IMG/VR virus record: IMGVR_UViG_3300028873_000014
Span: 1-64,000 of that record
Length of the DNA stretch: 64,000 nt
Reading direction: 5' to 3' (one strand)
Source: a virus
The translations under genes and the position numbers were made by a program. The stretch's first letter is position 1; every line of letters begins with the position of its first letter. Below are positions 37,479-47,246 of this stretch, piece by piece. The notes below the pieces were generated by a model. The model saw only the letters and a program-made list of their open reading frames with translations, had not been told where the DNA came from and ran no database searches.

Positions 37479-39875
37479 TTATAGGTACTCTACTTTATAC
37501 CCCATTGATTTTAATCGAATTATTTCGTGATCAGGTAAGTCAACTTCTTGTGCTCCCATAGACACACCACCACCATTTTGCATATATCCCCCATACCTAC
37601 CTTGTGGGGCGTAATACATACCTGGAGCACTTGGAGTATTATCAGAAGGACGGAAAGTACCTGTATTTGGGGTGTAGTCACCTCTGTTTCCTTGGGTATT
37701 TAACCTCTGTGCCCCGAAAGTGTTATCAGATAATCCTTGGTTCTGGGTAAACTGGTGTAGCTGTCTTTGATTCTTTTGATCATTAAAGTAGGATGCAGTT
37801 ACTAAACCTGCTCCCAGTAAGTTATCAAACTCATGATTAGCAAAACCTAATCCGTTATTACCTCTATGAGAACTTCCCCCAGGACCAGACTGTGATGTTG
37901 TCATAGGTGCATTTTGTACCATCGGTTGAGTACTAGGTGTAGTAGGAGATACCATTGGTTGATTGTTATTATCTACCTGTGGTTCATTTGCATACGCTGC
38001 AGTTACAGGATTATTAGGGTCTGTAGCAGGGTTATATCCACCATCTTGCATGAATTTCTGTAGACCACCATATTCTTTTTTTGACCAAGATTTACTGTTC
38101 CTGGCAAAATTGGCCATCTGTCGTACATGTGGGTCAGAACTATGTAAAGCCTCTTCTGTAGTTTTACCTGTCCTTTTTTTATATGCAGTAAATTTACCTT
38201 TGTTCTCAGGCTTAATTTTAATACTACCACCATCTTTCATCTCTTCTGCCATACCTCCTTCCTGATAGCTCATACCACCAGTACCATATCTGTCTACTAC
38301 TCCTCCATTAGCAAGATATGCATACTCCATTGGTTCGGGCAGATAACCACCGAACTTTGACCAGGAAGTACCATTCATAGTAGAACCTCCTTTTCTTGGT
38401 TGCCCTGGTCTTTCTTCATTCCTTGTATCATCTATAAACTGTACCCCACCACCATTTTGATAATTAGGCATTGGGGCATAGGTATTTTGATAAGATAAAT
38501 ACCCCCCAAGTTCAGCACCCATCATACCGTTCTGTGTTCTCATAAACTCATGAGGACGTACTTGTGGGTTAACATAGTTAGGGTCGTTATTAGTAGCAAA
38601 GAAAGGTCCACCGAGTTTTGCAAGACCTTGTTGCTGTCTAACAGAGTCTATGGAATAATCGGTATCTTCCCCTGTATGCCAATTATCCTGTTGGGGTCTT
38701 GACATACCTTTTGGCGTAGGAGAATACCCCGCATTAGTATTACCTGCTACAGGGGAAGGTTGTTGGTATTGAGGGGGATAGTTATTATCTCTTGGATAAT
38801 ATCTAAGACCTTCTTTATCACCAGCATCATACATATCCCCATAATCCTGGAAACCTTTGAGCATATTACCAAGGGCAGATACTCCACCACCCTGTTGCAT
38901 CTTTTTACCAGACATGTATTTTTTCATGGTCGGATCAGTTTTAAGTTCCTGTATACGTTTATTAACCTTATTTGCATAGTCGGGATCACCAGGATTATAT
39001 CCGGCAATACCTTTCTGTTTGATATAGTCAGCAGTTAAGTCCATCAAAGGTACTTTACCTTGAGGGATTTTAGCACCTTGTGTATTACGATAAGTATCTA
39101 TTAGTTGTGGGTGTTGGCGTAGGTAACTTTCTGTACTATCGGCATTTGTGATATTAGCCCCCATACCAGTATTATCTCTTACCACATTTACCCCCGGGAC
39201 ACGATGATCTGCAAGGAAGAGTGTGTTATACTCAGGTTTGTACTTTTCAGCAACATTCCACCCACTCATTACCTGATTCTGATCAGTATTATTATATCCA
39301 TGTGATCCGAGAGCAGTTTCCTGTCCTGCAACACCTAACATGGTATAGGGGTCAACTCCTTTACGTTTTGCACTTGCAACTATATCATCAAGTAATTGAG
39401 TATCTACATTAGCTCCCCGGAAGTTACCATTATTAAGTTTAATGGTATTTTCTCCAAAGTACTGCTTATTATCTATATGATTCTGAGCCTCTGTAGATAA
39501 ACTATCCTGTATAGTAGATAACCTGTTAATATTAGGGTACTTCATACCATAGTTATCCATTGGCGCAGTAGTACTATTATCCACTACTTGTTTTACCGGA
39601 CCAGGTAGATATATACTAGGGGTTACACCTGAATAAGTTCCTCCTTGTTGATATCTTACAGGTATTTCTTTAACTACTTGGCCAGGAAATTTATAATCTC
39701 TTCCGGGGTACATCATAGAACTTGCTCCAGTATTATCTACCCCCAGAACAGGATGAGGTACACCTTTCATAGTAATATCTGAAGAGTTTATGTAGTTTAC
39801 AGAGTTATCTTTATCAGGCGAATCGTATTTAAAGCCCTCTATGGAAAACCCTCCTGTCTTAAACTTCTTCTTCAT
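37479..39875 (-). CDS. modular virion protein with xxGG linkers and lysozyme/SLT-like domain
   Basis: ITMKGV..PVLG..MYPG.DY.FPG module; AKRKGVDPYTMLGVAGQET..YN.G..Y; IKIKPENKGKFT module; likely ATG at 39875 (track start 39926). Confidence 0.7.
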   Translation of the reverse strand: MKKKFKTGGFSIEGFKYDSPDKDNSVNYINSSDITMKGVPHPVLGVDNTGASSMMYPGRDYKFPGQVVKEIPVRYQQGGTYSGVTPSIYLPGPVKQVVDNSTTAPMDNYGMKYPNINRLSTIQDSLSTEAQNHIDNKQYFGENTIKLNNGNFRGANVDTQLLDDIVASAKRKGVDPYTMLGVAGQETALGSHGYNNTDQNQVMSGWNVAEKYKPEYNTLFLADHRVPGVNVVRDNTGMGANITNADSTESYLRQHPQLIDTYRNTQGAKIPQGKVPLMDLTADYIKQKGIAGYNPGDPDYANKVNKRIQELKTDPTMKKYMSGKKMQQGGGVSALGNMLKGFQDYGDMYDAGDKEGLRYYPRDNNYPPQYQQPSPVAGNTNAGYSPTPKGMSRPQQDNWHTGEDTDYSIDSVRQQQGLAKLGGPFFATNNDPNYVNPQVRPHEFMRTQNGMMGAELGGYLSYQNTYAPMPNYQNGGGVQFIDDTRNEERPGQPRKGGSTMNGTSWSKFGGYLPEPMEYAYLANGGVVDRYGTGGMSYQEGGMAEEMKDGGSIKIKPENKGKFTAYKKRTGKTTEEALHSSDPHVRQMANFARNSKSWSKKEYGGLQKFMQDGGYNPATDPNNPVTAAYANEPQVDNNNQPMVSPTTPSTQPMVQNAPMTTSQSGPGGSSHRGNNGLGFANHEFDNLLGAGLVTASYFNDQKNQRQLHQFTQNQGLSDNTFGAQRLNTQGNRGDYTPNTGTFRPSDNTPSAPGMYYAPQGRYGGYMQNGGGVSMGAQEVDLPDHEIIRLKSMGYKVEYL

Positions 39876-39891
39876 GTTACCAAAGTTATGA

Positions 39892-42800
39892 TTATCTAGG
39901 TGATATTTGGTTATTCGTCTTGGCAAAAAGTATACTAATTGAGTTAATTCCCGGTAGTAACTTTCTTAAAAATATTCTACTGTTCCTGGCCCTCATTCTC
40001 TTTCTCTGTAGTGGGGGTTTAGCAGGATCTATATATAAACTGTTTATAGAAAAGGTATATCCGTTCATATCAGTGTTGAACATATTAACAACATCAAGAT
40101 CGAACTGCCCTCTATCGGCTGTCATATCATAGAAAGTGTTAAATCTCCATGTATTCTCTACCCGTGAATAAAGTATCTGTTGACCTGCAGCATCTGCAAA
40201 TGGGTAACTCTGTGCCAGATAAGGGTTATCCCAGGGTCTTAAATTCAATTGCAAGAGTCCACTATTTTGTTCCCTGTTCCAGATAATCGCTTCATCTACA
40301 AAATTGTTATAGTTAAGATACTTATCTGTATTATTCTGTCGGTAGAGATAGGATTCTATGATCACTTCAACGTTCTGTAAAGTAGTTACCGTAGGTCCGG
40401 TAGTTATAGGATATTCTATCTCAAAAGGAAACTGTTGTCCATAATAGTTACAGAACAGGTCTATCCGTTTGTTATGTCTCCATAACTCATTACCTGTACC
40501 ATAAGTAGTTTCAGTAGTGAGGAAGTGGGTTTTAGCAGCTATTATTAAAGAAGGATGCCAATCATGAAAAGAGACAAACTTCTTATCTTTAGGGGAGTAA
40601 CTAAGTGTCCAGGAACAGTCTATGAAATACTGTGAGTTGGTAAGTTCTATAGGTATAGGATGTGGTGCACGTACTTCTACTCCAGGTGTAAATGAAATAC
40701 CACCTGAGTAATAAAACTGATCACCGATAAGAGTTATAGAACCAGGGTTTATAGCATAGAAATCTTTCTTGGTTATATATACCAGTTCATTAATATTATC
40801 ATAGGTCATTTGCATACCTACCCCCGCTACAGGATTGTCATAGAGGGGGTAACTTGGAAATTGTTTGAGTAGATACGATGGCATATATAGAGAACACCAG
40901 TATTTCATACCGTCTTCTGTAATATCTATCATCGACTCACCTTTGTTATAGTAAGTTTTGTTAGGGGCGTAGTGGAGTATCTTACCAGTAGTTTGAGATA
41001 CCCACATAACTCCGTAAGGGGTAGAGATGATACCGTATCTGCTTTGACAGGAACCATACTGGTAACTATCATCCACGTTAGTAATACTCTGTAGTGCCTG
41101 ATTAAATAATGATCCTGTACCTATAGTATATTCAGTACCACTTTTACTACCCATTGTCTCCACCCCGGTAAAAGATTGAGGAGCCTGATCGTCCAGGAGA
41201 ATTAACGCACCTGTTTTATTAATATCCTTAATAGCTGTAACCTTAGTAGGAAAGTCCTTGTAGTTATTAGGTAAAAACATCTTCCAGTTATCCTTTCTTA
41301 GTTCTTCCTCCTGGGGCAGAGAATAAGTTATTCTTCTCGGGTAGTAGTTATAACAAGTATATGCAAGTACCGGGTTATAATCACGATCTAAGCATTTACC
41401 CCAAGACAGGAACTGATCCCAAAACTTGGAAGCAGATAATGAGTAGTCATACTTGTACAGAGTATCGCTCTTGATAATATCACTACGAAAAAGATATGCC
41501 AGTGATGTATACCCATATGGGTCATAGAACCTTTTCTCATCGACATCTTCCCAATCCCTAAATCCTACATTCACTTCACTCTCTACATAGAAATCCCTTA
41601 CACCATTATTGAACAGGTAGAAATAACCATTCTTTAGCCAGAATCCTGACGCAGTACTGGGACCTACTTCATCGAGATGCCAATTTGCACCAGCGTTATT
41701 CCAGAAATCGTAATAAACCTTGTTGTTGTTTATCCAATACCGGGGATAGGGAACATTTTCAACAGTAGTATAATCGTATTGAAAGTCTTCATTTTCTGAC
41801 ACTAGCCAATCATTGAAAAACATCATTGCGTTCTTCTCTGTATACCTGGTAATGTATATATCCCCACCAAAGATTACTCCAGTAGACATTACGGAATTAC
41901 TATACGTCTGCATACAGGAGATAAGTACCTGTTTGGGACTATCTACATCACCGTATTGAGCAGGTTGAGGAATACAATAAGCACCATACCAGGAAACTAT
42001 AGGTGCTGTATATGGGCCTATTATAGTTGAAGAAGCAGTTCCTGTAAATACTCTACCGTAACTATCAGCAATACCCAGGGTATTGGGGGCCTGACCCAGA
42101 GTAAATCTACTGGCATCTGCAAAAGGTGCAGTATTGTATGGAGCAGGTAAATTAGGTAAACCATCTATGTTCATTAATACATAGTTGTTCCGGTAGAGAT
42201 TATTAACATCATAGTTATTACCTACAACATCAGAGAAACTTTGAAGATGACCTCTTACATATTCGTAATTAGCCATTACTTCATAGTGTTGTCCTGTAAC
42301 TACCGGAGTATCATAAAACCCATGAGAATCGTATTGCCATGCATATTGTCGTGCAGGAACTAAACCATTAACAATGTTCAATATCTGCTGAGATATAACC
42401 TTAATTTGGATAGGTGCTAACATAGCTGTTACAGTTATTCCTACAGCAAGTCCTGCTATATAGATAGCATCTGAGGTTGCCCCTAATGATCCATCGGGAG
42501 CAACAGCATAACTTAAAGGTATTTCTATTGGTAAATCTCTGGTAGCAGCTAATTTTAAATTTGTACCACCTACTGTACCACTATTTAGTATAAGTAATAA
42601 CCCTTCTAAAATACTTATAGAATCAGCTAATACAGTTGCCATATTAGTAAGTACCTTAAACATAGGATGCTTATAACTTTCTGCAAAACTACCTACAGAA
42701 GTACCCGCAAGTGCCATGTATAGGTTTACATTACCTGTACCAAGATTAGGGTGTTGAAAAGAAGTATCAGGAGAATGAAAAGATACTAAGTTATTATAGA

Positions 42801-44574
42801 TAGTATCAGAAGTATTCCCCCTAGTAGGATCATCTGTGTCAACCCCTCCGACAGTAGCAATAGTTTGGGAAGTGGTCAGATATATATCAGGGTTAAGATC
42901 ATCATATCCATAGTTTTGAAAAAGCCCCAGAGAACCATCGGGGTTTGTATACCCCCGCATGTGGTTAAACATACCTTTGGCGATAATACTTTTATTCCCA
43001 TCACGTACCGCACGAAGTATCTCATATCCCTGAATATTGGGAATAACCACACCATTATTATCTACAGGAGGTTGGATATTATCAAAGTACACACCCATAA
43101 CAGTAATAGTATTTACTGTACCATAACCGTTAAAATGAGATAAGATAGTACCACCAAAAGTAGCCTGGTTAGGGAATTTATGATGCATGATGGGTTGACC
43201 ACAAAGGCTACCCCAAATAGTCGGCTCATTGTTAGGATAGGGAAGTACTGAGGAATACCCTGCAAATCTACCGGAAGCAATAGTTACCCCACCATCTCCT
43301 ACAGAAGGTCCTCCTAAGGATAATGTTGCGGGTGTTCCCCCAGGTAATCCCGGGATATGATAGGAAGCTGACTTATCTCCTGTTGTATAAACCCATCTTA
43401 CATAGTACGCATATACCTCATCCATAAGGTGAGACACATTCATGGGAGAGCCATTTAAACCCCCCTGATGGTAATAATCGCCAGGATATTGTACAGCTAC
43501 CCAATTTGCTATTATCTGGTTGGCAAGAGGTTGATAGTTAAAATCAGGTTTTTCATAAGTACCAACCCGTAGTAAGTAGTTGGAAACATTGTATATAGCA
43601 TCGCTCTTATCTATAATAGGATTAGAAATAGGTAAGATAGTAAGTGGTATATTTATAAGTTCTGGATTAAGATTTGGTATAGATATAGTCTGTAGGGTAC
43701 TATTAAATATGCCATATCTCTTAGCCTGTACCTGAAAGTTAGACATAGCAATTACTACTATTTCTATCTCGGGGAATATTATTGTAGTTTCAGTACTGAT
43801 ACCGGAAATATTTAAGATAAGTGACCCTGCGTTATTACTATGTGCAAAAGTAGATTGTACATTAGAAAGAGCTACAAAGTCAGTACAGGGTATACCATTA
43901 ATGGCATATCTCATACATACCTGGTAAGAACCATTAGGTAGTGATCCTGCCCCAGGAGCCTTAACTATTGTTAGACAAGGTATAGTAAACTGTGGGGATA
44001 ATCTAAGTTGTTCTATATCTATTAAGTTGGTATTTACACAAGTTATACAAGCTGCTATAGTAGTACAGTCTTGTACCCAGGGGTTTGGATATAGGAAAGC
44101 AGTATCTAACATTCTATCGGGGTTTAACCCCCCATCACTCCAATATACATCAAAGCCACAATCAAAGTTTCTACGGGCAGCTCCTGTAATTAAGTTAGTA
44201 GTATTAAACCCCAACCCCGGGAGACCTGATGATATGGTAGCAACATCATTGAGTAAAGTTGTATACATACCAGTACCTTCTACGTATAGTCCAATCTCTG
44301 AGTAAGTATTATTAGTAGAAAAAAGTATCCATTGATCTTGAGTAAGTAGTACAGAACCTATTAGGGTATAGGGGATAACAGTTTCCATAATATTCCCGCA
44401 CTCTGTATGTACCCCACTACCCGTTTGACCATCCGGAAGTACTATTGTGGCATTTCTGGCATGAGTATAACTATGTTGTTTCTCCTGACCATCTATGGCA
44501 TCTTTATATAACCCACCAGCAAGTTGCGTAGTAGTACCCGGAATCTGTTGCTGTTGTTCTTCTTTCTCTGCCAT
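39892..44574 (-). CDS. tail stabilisation/muzzle protein
   Basis: 1560-aa beta-rich protein with WSDG.NP.R, HHKFP, FGGD.YI and WTLSYS...FVSFHDW.P motifs; position in tail module. Confidence 0.75.
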   Translation of the reverse strand: MAEKEEQQQQIPGTTTQLAGGLYKDAIDGQEKQHSYTHARNATIVLPDGQTGSGVHTECGNIMETVIPYTLIGSVLLTQDQWILFSTNNTYSEIGLYVEGTGMYTTLLNDVATISSGLPGLGFNTTNLITGAARRNFDCGFDVYWSDGGLNPDRMLDTAFLYPNPWVQDCTTIAACITCVNTNLIDIEQLRLSPQFTIPCLTIVKAPGAGSLPNGSYQVCMRYAINGIPCTDFVALSNVQSTFAHSNNAGSLILNISGISTETTIIFPEIEIVVIAMSNFQVQAKRYGIFNSTLQTISIPNLNPELINIPLTILPISNPIIDKSDAIYNVSNYLLRVGTYEKPDFNYQPLANQIIANWVAVQYPGDYYHQGGLNGSPMNVSHLMDEVYAYYVRWVYTTGDKSASYHIPGLPGGTPATLSLGGPSVGDGGVTIASGRFAGYSSVLPYPNNEPTIWGSLCGQPIMHHKFPNQATFGGTILSHFNGYGTVNTITVMGVYFDNIQPPVDNNGVVIPNIQGYEILRAVRDGNKSIIAKGMFNHMRGYTNPDGSLGLFQNYGYDDLNPDIYLTTSQTIATVGGVDTDDPTRGNTSDTIYNNLVSFHSPDTSFQHPNLGTGNVNLYMALAGTSVGSFAESYKHPMFKVLTNMATVLADSISILEGLLLILNSGTVGGTNLKLAATRDLPIEIPLSYAVAPDGSLGATSDAIYIAGLAVGITVTAMLAPIQIKVISQQILNIVNGLVPARQYAWQYDSHGFYDTPVVTGQHYEVMANYEYVRGHLQSFSDVVGNNYDVNNLYRNNYVLMNIDGLPNLPAPYNTAPFADASRFTLGQAPNTLGIADSYGRVFTGTASSTIIGPYTAPIVSWYGAYCIPQPAQYGDVDSPKQVLISCMQTYSNSVMSTGVIFGGDIYITRYTEKNAMMFFNDWLVSENEDFQYDYTTVENVPYPRYWINNNKVYYDFWNNAGANWHLDEVGPSTASGFWLKNGYFYLFNNGVRDFYVESEVNVGFRDWEDVDEKRFYDPYGYTSLAYLFRSDIIKSDTLYKYDYSLSASKFWDQFLSWGKCLDRDYNPVLAYTCYNYYPRRITYSLPQEEELRKDNWKMFLPNNYKDFPTKVTAIKDINKTGALILLDDQAPQSFTGVETMGSKSGTEYTIGTGSLFNQALQSITNVDDSYQYGSCQSRYGIISTPYGVMWVSQTTGKILHYAPNKTYYNKGESMIDITEDGMKYWCSLYMPSYLLKQFPSYPLYDNPVAGVGMQMTYDNINELVYITKKDFYAINPGSITLIGDQFYYSGGISFTPGVEVRAPHPIPIELTNSQYFIDCSWTLSYSPKDKKFVSFHDWHPSLIIAAKTHFLTTETTYGTGNELWRHNKRIDLFCNYYGQQFPFEIEYPITTGPTVTTLQNVEVIIESYLYRQNNTDKYLNYNNFVDEAIIWNREQNSGLLQLNLRPWDNPYLAQSYPFADAAGQQILYSRVENTWRFNTFYDMTADRGQFDLDVVNMFNTDMNGYTFSINSLYIDPAKPPLQRKRMRARNSRIFLRKLLPGINSISILFAKTNNQISPR

Positions 44575-45845
44575 TATAATTGATCTACTCTTATAGCATG
44601 TCCAATCCTACCATAATATCTACTTAACGGATGCCAATATTGTCGGTTGTGGTTCCTTCTGATAGTTTCAATAGTTTTGATACAATCACGGTAATTAGGC
44701 ATATTAGATATAGATAATGCCTGATACCGATACTCTTCCTTCTTATCATGTGCATACCTAACTCTTTGTCCCATATCTTCACCATTGAGATACAGGTTCT
44801 CCAGGATAACTTCCTTAATCGCCCAGGTATAGTACTGGTTGATCTCCGGATGGTCCAGGACAAGTAAGTTGCCATCATCATCTTCCATCCCCCCGAGGTA
44901 GTTGATATATACCTTAGTACATTCCATATCGGGTACTTCCAAAAAATTACCGTTTATAGAACCGTGATACCTTCCTTCGTGTCTACTATCTCTAAACTGT
45001 CCTTGTCTGGAAAAAGCATCTGCCTGAATGAATGGTTCTATGTAGAGCCTTTCAAACTGTTCATAACATCTTACCTCACTTTCACAGTATTGGAGGATCT
45101 TAATATTTATAGTATCATTACAAATAGATCGTGTCTTTCCTAGTGGGTAAGGGTTAGTAACTAACTCAGGACAATCCCCAATATGAGTAATATTACAGAT
45201 ATCACAAGTTGTAGTGGGGGTAGGTGGGGAACAGGAATATGTACCGTCCGGGTTTACATAACAGCCTAATCCTTTAACTATACTATCTTTAGGACCAATT
45301 ACACAGGCAATACCCGCAGGAGTAAACCCTGACATAACATTTTGTGCACAGATAGTACTTACACCAGGACTTGTAAAACATTTAATTGACCAGTTACCAT
45401 TAGCATCCTGTACCCCAAGACTAGTACTGCCACTACAGGTATATGGAACACAGGTAATATTTTCAGTTAAGGTAATTGTCCAGCAAAATACAGTACCGGA
45501 AGGTGAGGGTAATGTGCCAGGACTAGTAGGAGAAGGTACTACCTGTTCTAAAAGCACATGCCCATTCCAGGGAGCATTTTGTACATGCCTGTAGTTATGA
45601 CAAATTAGAGCAAGGTTCATTTGATAAAAATCAGCAGGAAGTTTTGCCTTAAAGTGATCAACCTCAAGCATAGTTTCCTTCATGGTACGTATACGTAAAC
45701 CAAGTTCCCAGTTAATCCTTTGTGCTACTTTGATAAGATTTGCAGCATCTATATCACCAGCAGAGTTAAAGGATGAGAGATCCAGTCGGACTGAATCCAG
45801 TAACTCATCGAACGTGCGGTAGCTGACTTCTTTGATAGCGGCCAT
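44574..45845 (-). CDS. tail ring/tubular protein with Cys-rich insertion
   Basis: AKLPADF..; KVYINY.G..DDDGN.LV.D; adjacent to muzzle gene. Confidence 0.65.
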   Translation of the reverse strand: MAAIKEVSYRTFDELLDSVRLDLSSFNSAGDIDAANLIKVAQRINWELGLRIRTMKETMLEVDHFKAKLPADFYQMNLALICHNYRHVQNAPWNGHVLLEQVVPSPTSPGTLPSPSGTVFCWTITLTENITCVPYTCSGSTSLGVQDANGNWSIKCFTSPGVSTICAQNVMSGFTPAGIACVIGPKDSIVKGLGCYVNPDGTYSCSPPTPTTTCDICNITHIGDCPELVTNPYPLGKTRSICNDTINIKILQYCESEVRCYEQFERLYIEPFIQADAFSRQGQFRDSRHEGRYHGSINGNFLEVPDMECTKVYINYLGGMEDDDGNLLVLDHPEINQYYTWAIKEVILENLYLNGEDMGQRVRYAHDKKEEYRYQALSISNMPNYRDCIKTIETIRRNHNRQYWHPLSRYYGRIGHAIRVDQL

Positions 45846-45846
45846 C

Positions 45847-46524
45847 TTATCTATTAATATTTATATTATCATGTTCCTGATCACTTGGTATGTGCTGACT
45901 AAAGCCCAGGTCTTTTAATACATTGGCTTCAATTTCACTTAATAAATGATCAGGAACATTTAGTGATTGTTGTTGTCTTGGTTTGCACTTATCATCGTAG
46001 TTACACTTAAAAATAGAGATATCTTCTTCAAACATCCCCTCTATCCGAATTGCAGGATAGTCCACATCAGGAAAGTATATGCGGTCATTAAGATACCAAC
46101 AATACTTAGTCTTGTTGTACTTAAAGTTTTTCTGGTTAGAAAGAATTACATAATTATCCAGGGAAGTAAGTTGAAAGGGAGTAGAACCATCCAGGGAAGT
46201 TATCGATCTTACCATAGGTCCCCACTTACCTTCTGTAAATACAGGTATGGGCAATGTAGTCTTTCTGAAAGTCCTGTAACTCTTAACCCCTCTACAACCA
46301 GCTTCTATCCAATCACATTCCTCCAGTTGTACCCAGTCAAGTGTCTCAAAGACAGATGAAAATGCCATTAATCTACCTTTTTCATCTAATCTCTTAATAG
46401 ATAAAGAAGCATGTTTACGAAATAATGAATATAAGTATCGGTCAGTGATAAAGGCATCCTGACGGTTGGCTTTTATCAAACCCCGTAACCTGGAACAAAC
46501 ATCCCCAATTACCAACATGCTCAT
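45847..46524 (-). CDS. tail ring protein
   Basis: D..ITDR, ITSLDG, Y.WYLN.RIY and I.IEGMFE pattern; gene order. Confidence 0.6.
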   Translation of the reverse strand: MSMLVIGDVCSRLRGLIKANRQDAFITDRYLYSLFRKHASLSIKRLDEKGRLMAFSSVFETLDWVQLEECDWIEAGCRGVKSYRTFRKTTLPIPVFTEGKWGPMVRSITSLDGSTPFQLTSLDNYVILSNQKNFKYNKTKYCWYLNDRIYFPDVDYPAIRIEGMFEEDISIFKCNYDDKCKPRQQQSLNVPDHLLSEIEANVLKDLGFSQHIPSDQEHDNININR

Positions 46525-46527
46525 AAA

Positions 46528-47172
46528 CTAAAATTCAAACTCGTTATAATCTTCTTTAATCTTTTCCTGTATTTTCTTACGGTAATTCTTCTTACGATAA
46601 CTCTCTACTATATCTACTATCCTACGTGTAGAAGACATAAACCAATATCTTTTCCAGTCTACTTTATATACAGCAGCTATCTTATTTTTAAGATCTCTAC
46701 CCATCTCAAATGCCCAGAACTGAGCATTTTGATACATATTCTTAGTGTAGGAGAAATAGTCAGCATTCCACTGAGCACTATAAAATATCCCTCCCCCATA
46801 TCCCTCTGAGTGTGCATTTTTAAAGTGTACAAATTTACCTAGTTCGTCAGAGGTTTTAAGATCAACAGCTTTAGTCCTTTTACCAAGAGTAGCGACCATC
46901 ATATTCCCCATACGTAAAGGTAAGGTTATACCATCCTTATGCTCTACCATTAATGTGCAGGTAGACTTATTAAACTCTCTAATAATACACTTAATCTCTC
47001 TGTTAGTAAATCTACTTAACGCAGGGTCTTGTTTCTTAAGCTCTTTGTAAAATTCTCCGGTTGTAACATTCACTCCATTATGGTGACTTCTGATACTAAG
47101 TACATCATGGTACTTCTTTTCGTACCGGGGAGCTGTCTTATCTACACCTGGAAAATCTTTTAGCTCATTCAT
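46528..47172 (-). CDS. IHF/HU-like basic DNA-binding protein (crAss-like)
   Basis: IIREFN..GITLPLRMG..F.N.HSEGY pattern; position beside tail ring genes. Confidence 0.55.
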   Translation of the reverse strand: MNELKDFPGVDKTAPRYEKKYHDVLSIRSHHNGVNVTTGEFYKELKKQDPALSRFTNREIKCIIREFNKSTCTLMVEHKDGITLPLRMGNMMVATLGKRTKAVDLKTSDELGKFVHFKNAHSEGYGGGIFYSAQWNADYFSYTKNMYQNAQFWAFEMGRDLKNKIAAVYKVDWKRYWFMSSTRRIVDIVESYRKKNYRKKIQEKIKEDYNEFEF

Positions 47173-47176
47173 ACAA

Positions 47177-47185
47177 GTAAAGTTA
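47177..47185 (-). promoter_or_regulatory. putative -7-like element TAACTTTAC (near-leaderless)
   Basis: Only 4 nt before ATG 47172; AAGGTTT motifs upstream. Confidence 0.4.
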
Positions 47186-47246
47186 TAAAACCTTGTTTAC
47201 TTAGTTATAATAAACCTTATACATTAATACATCTGATACATAGCAC

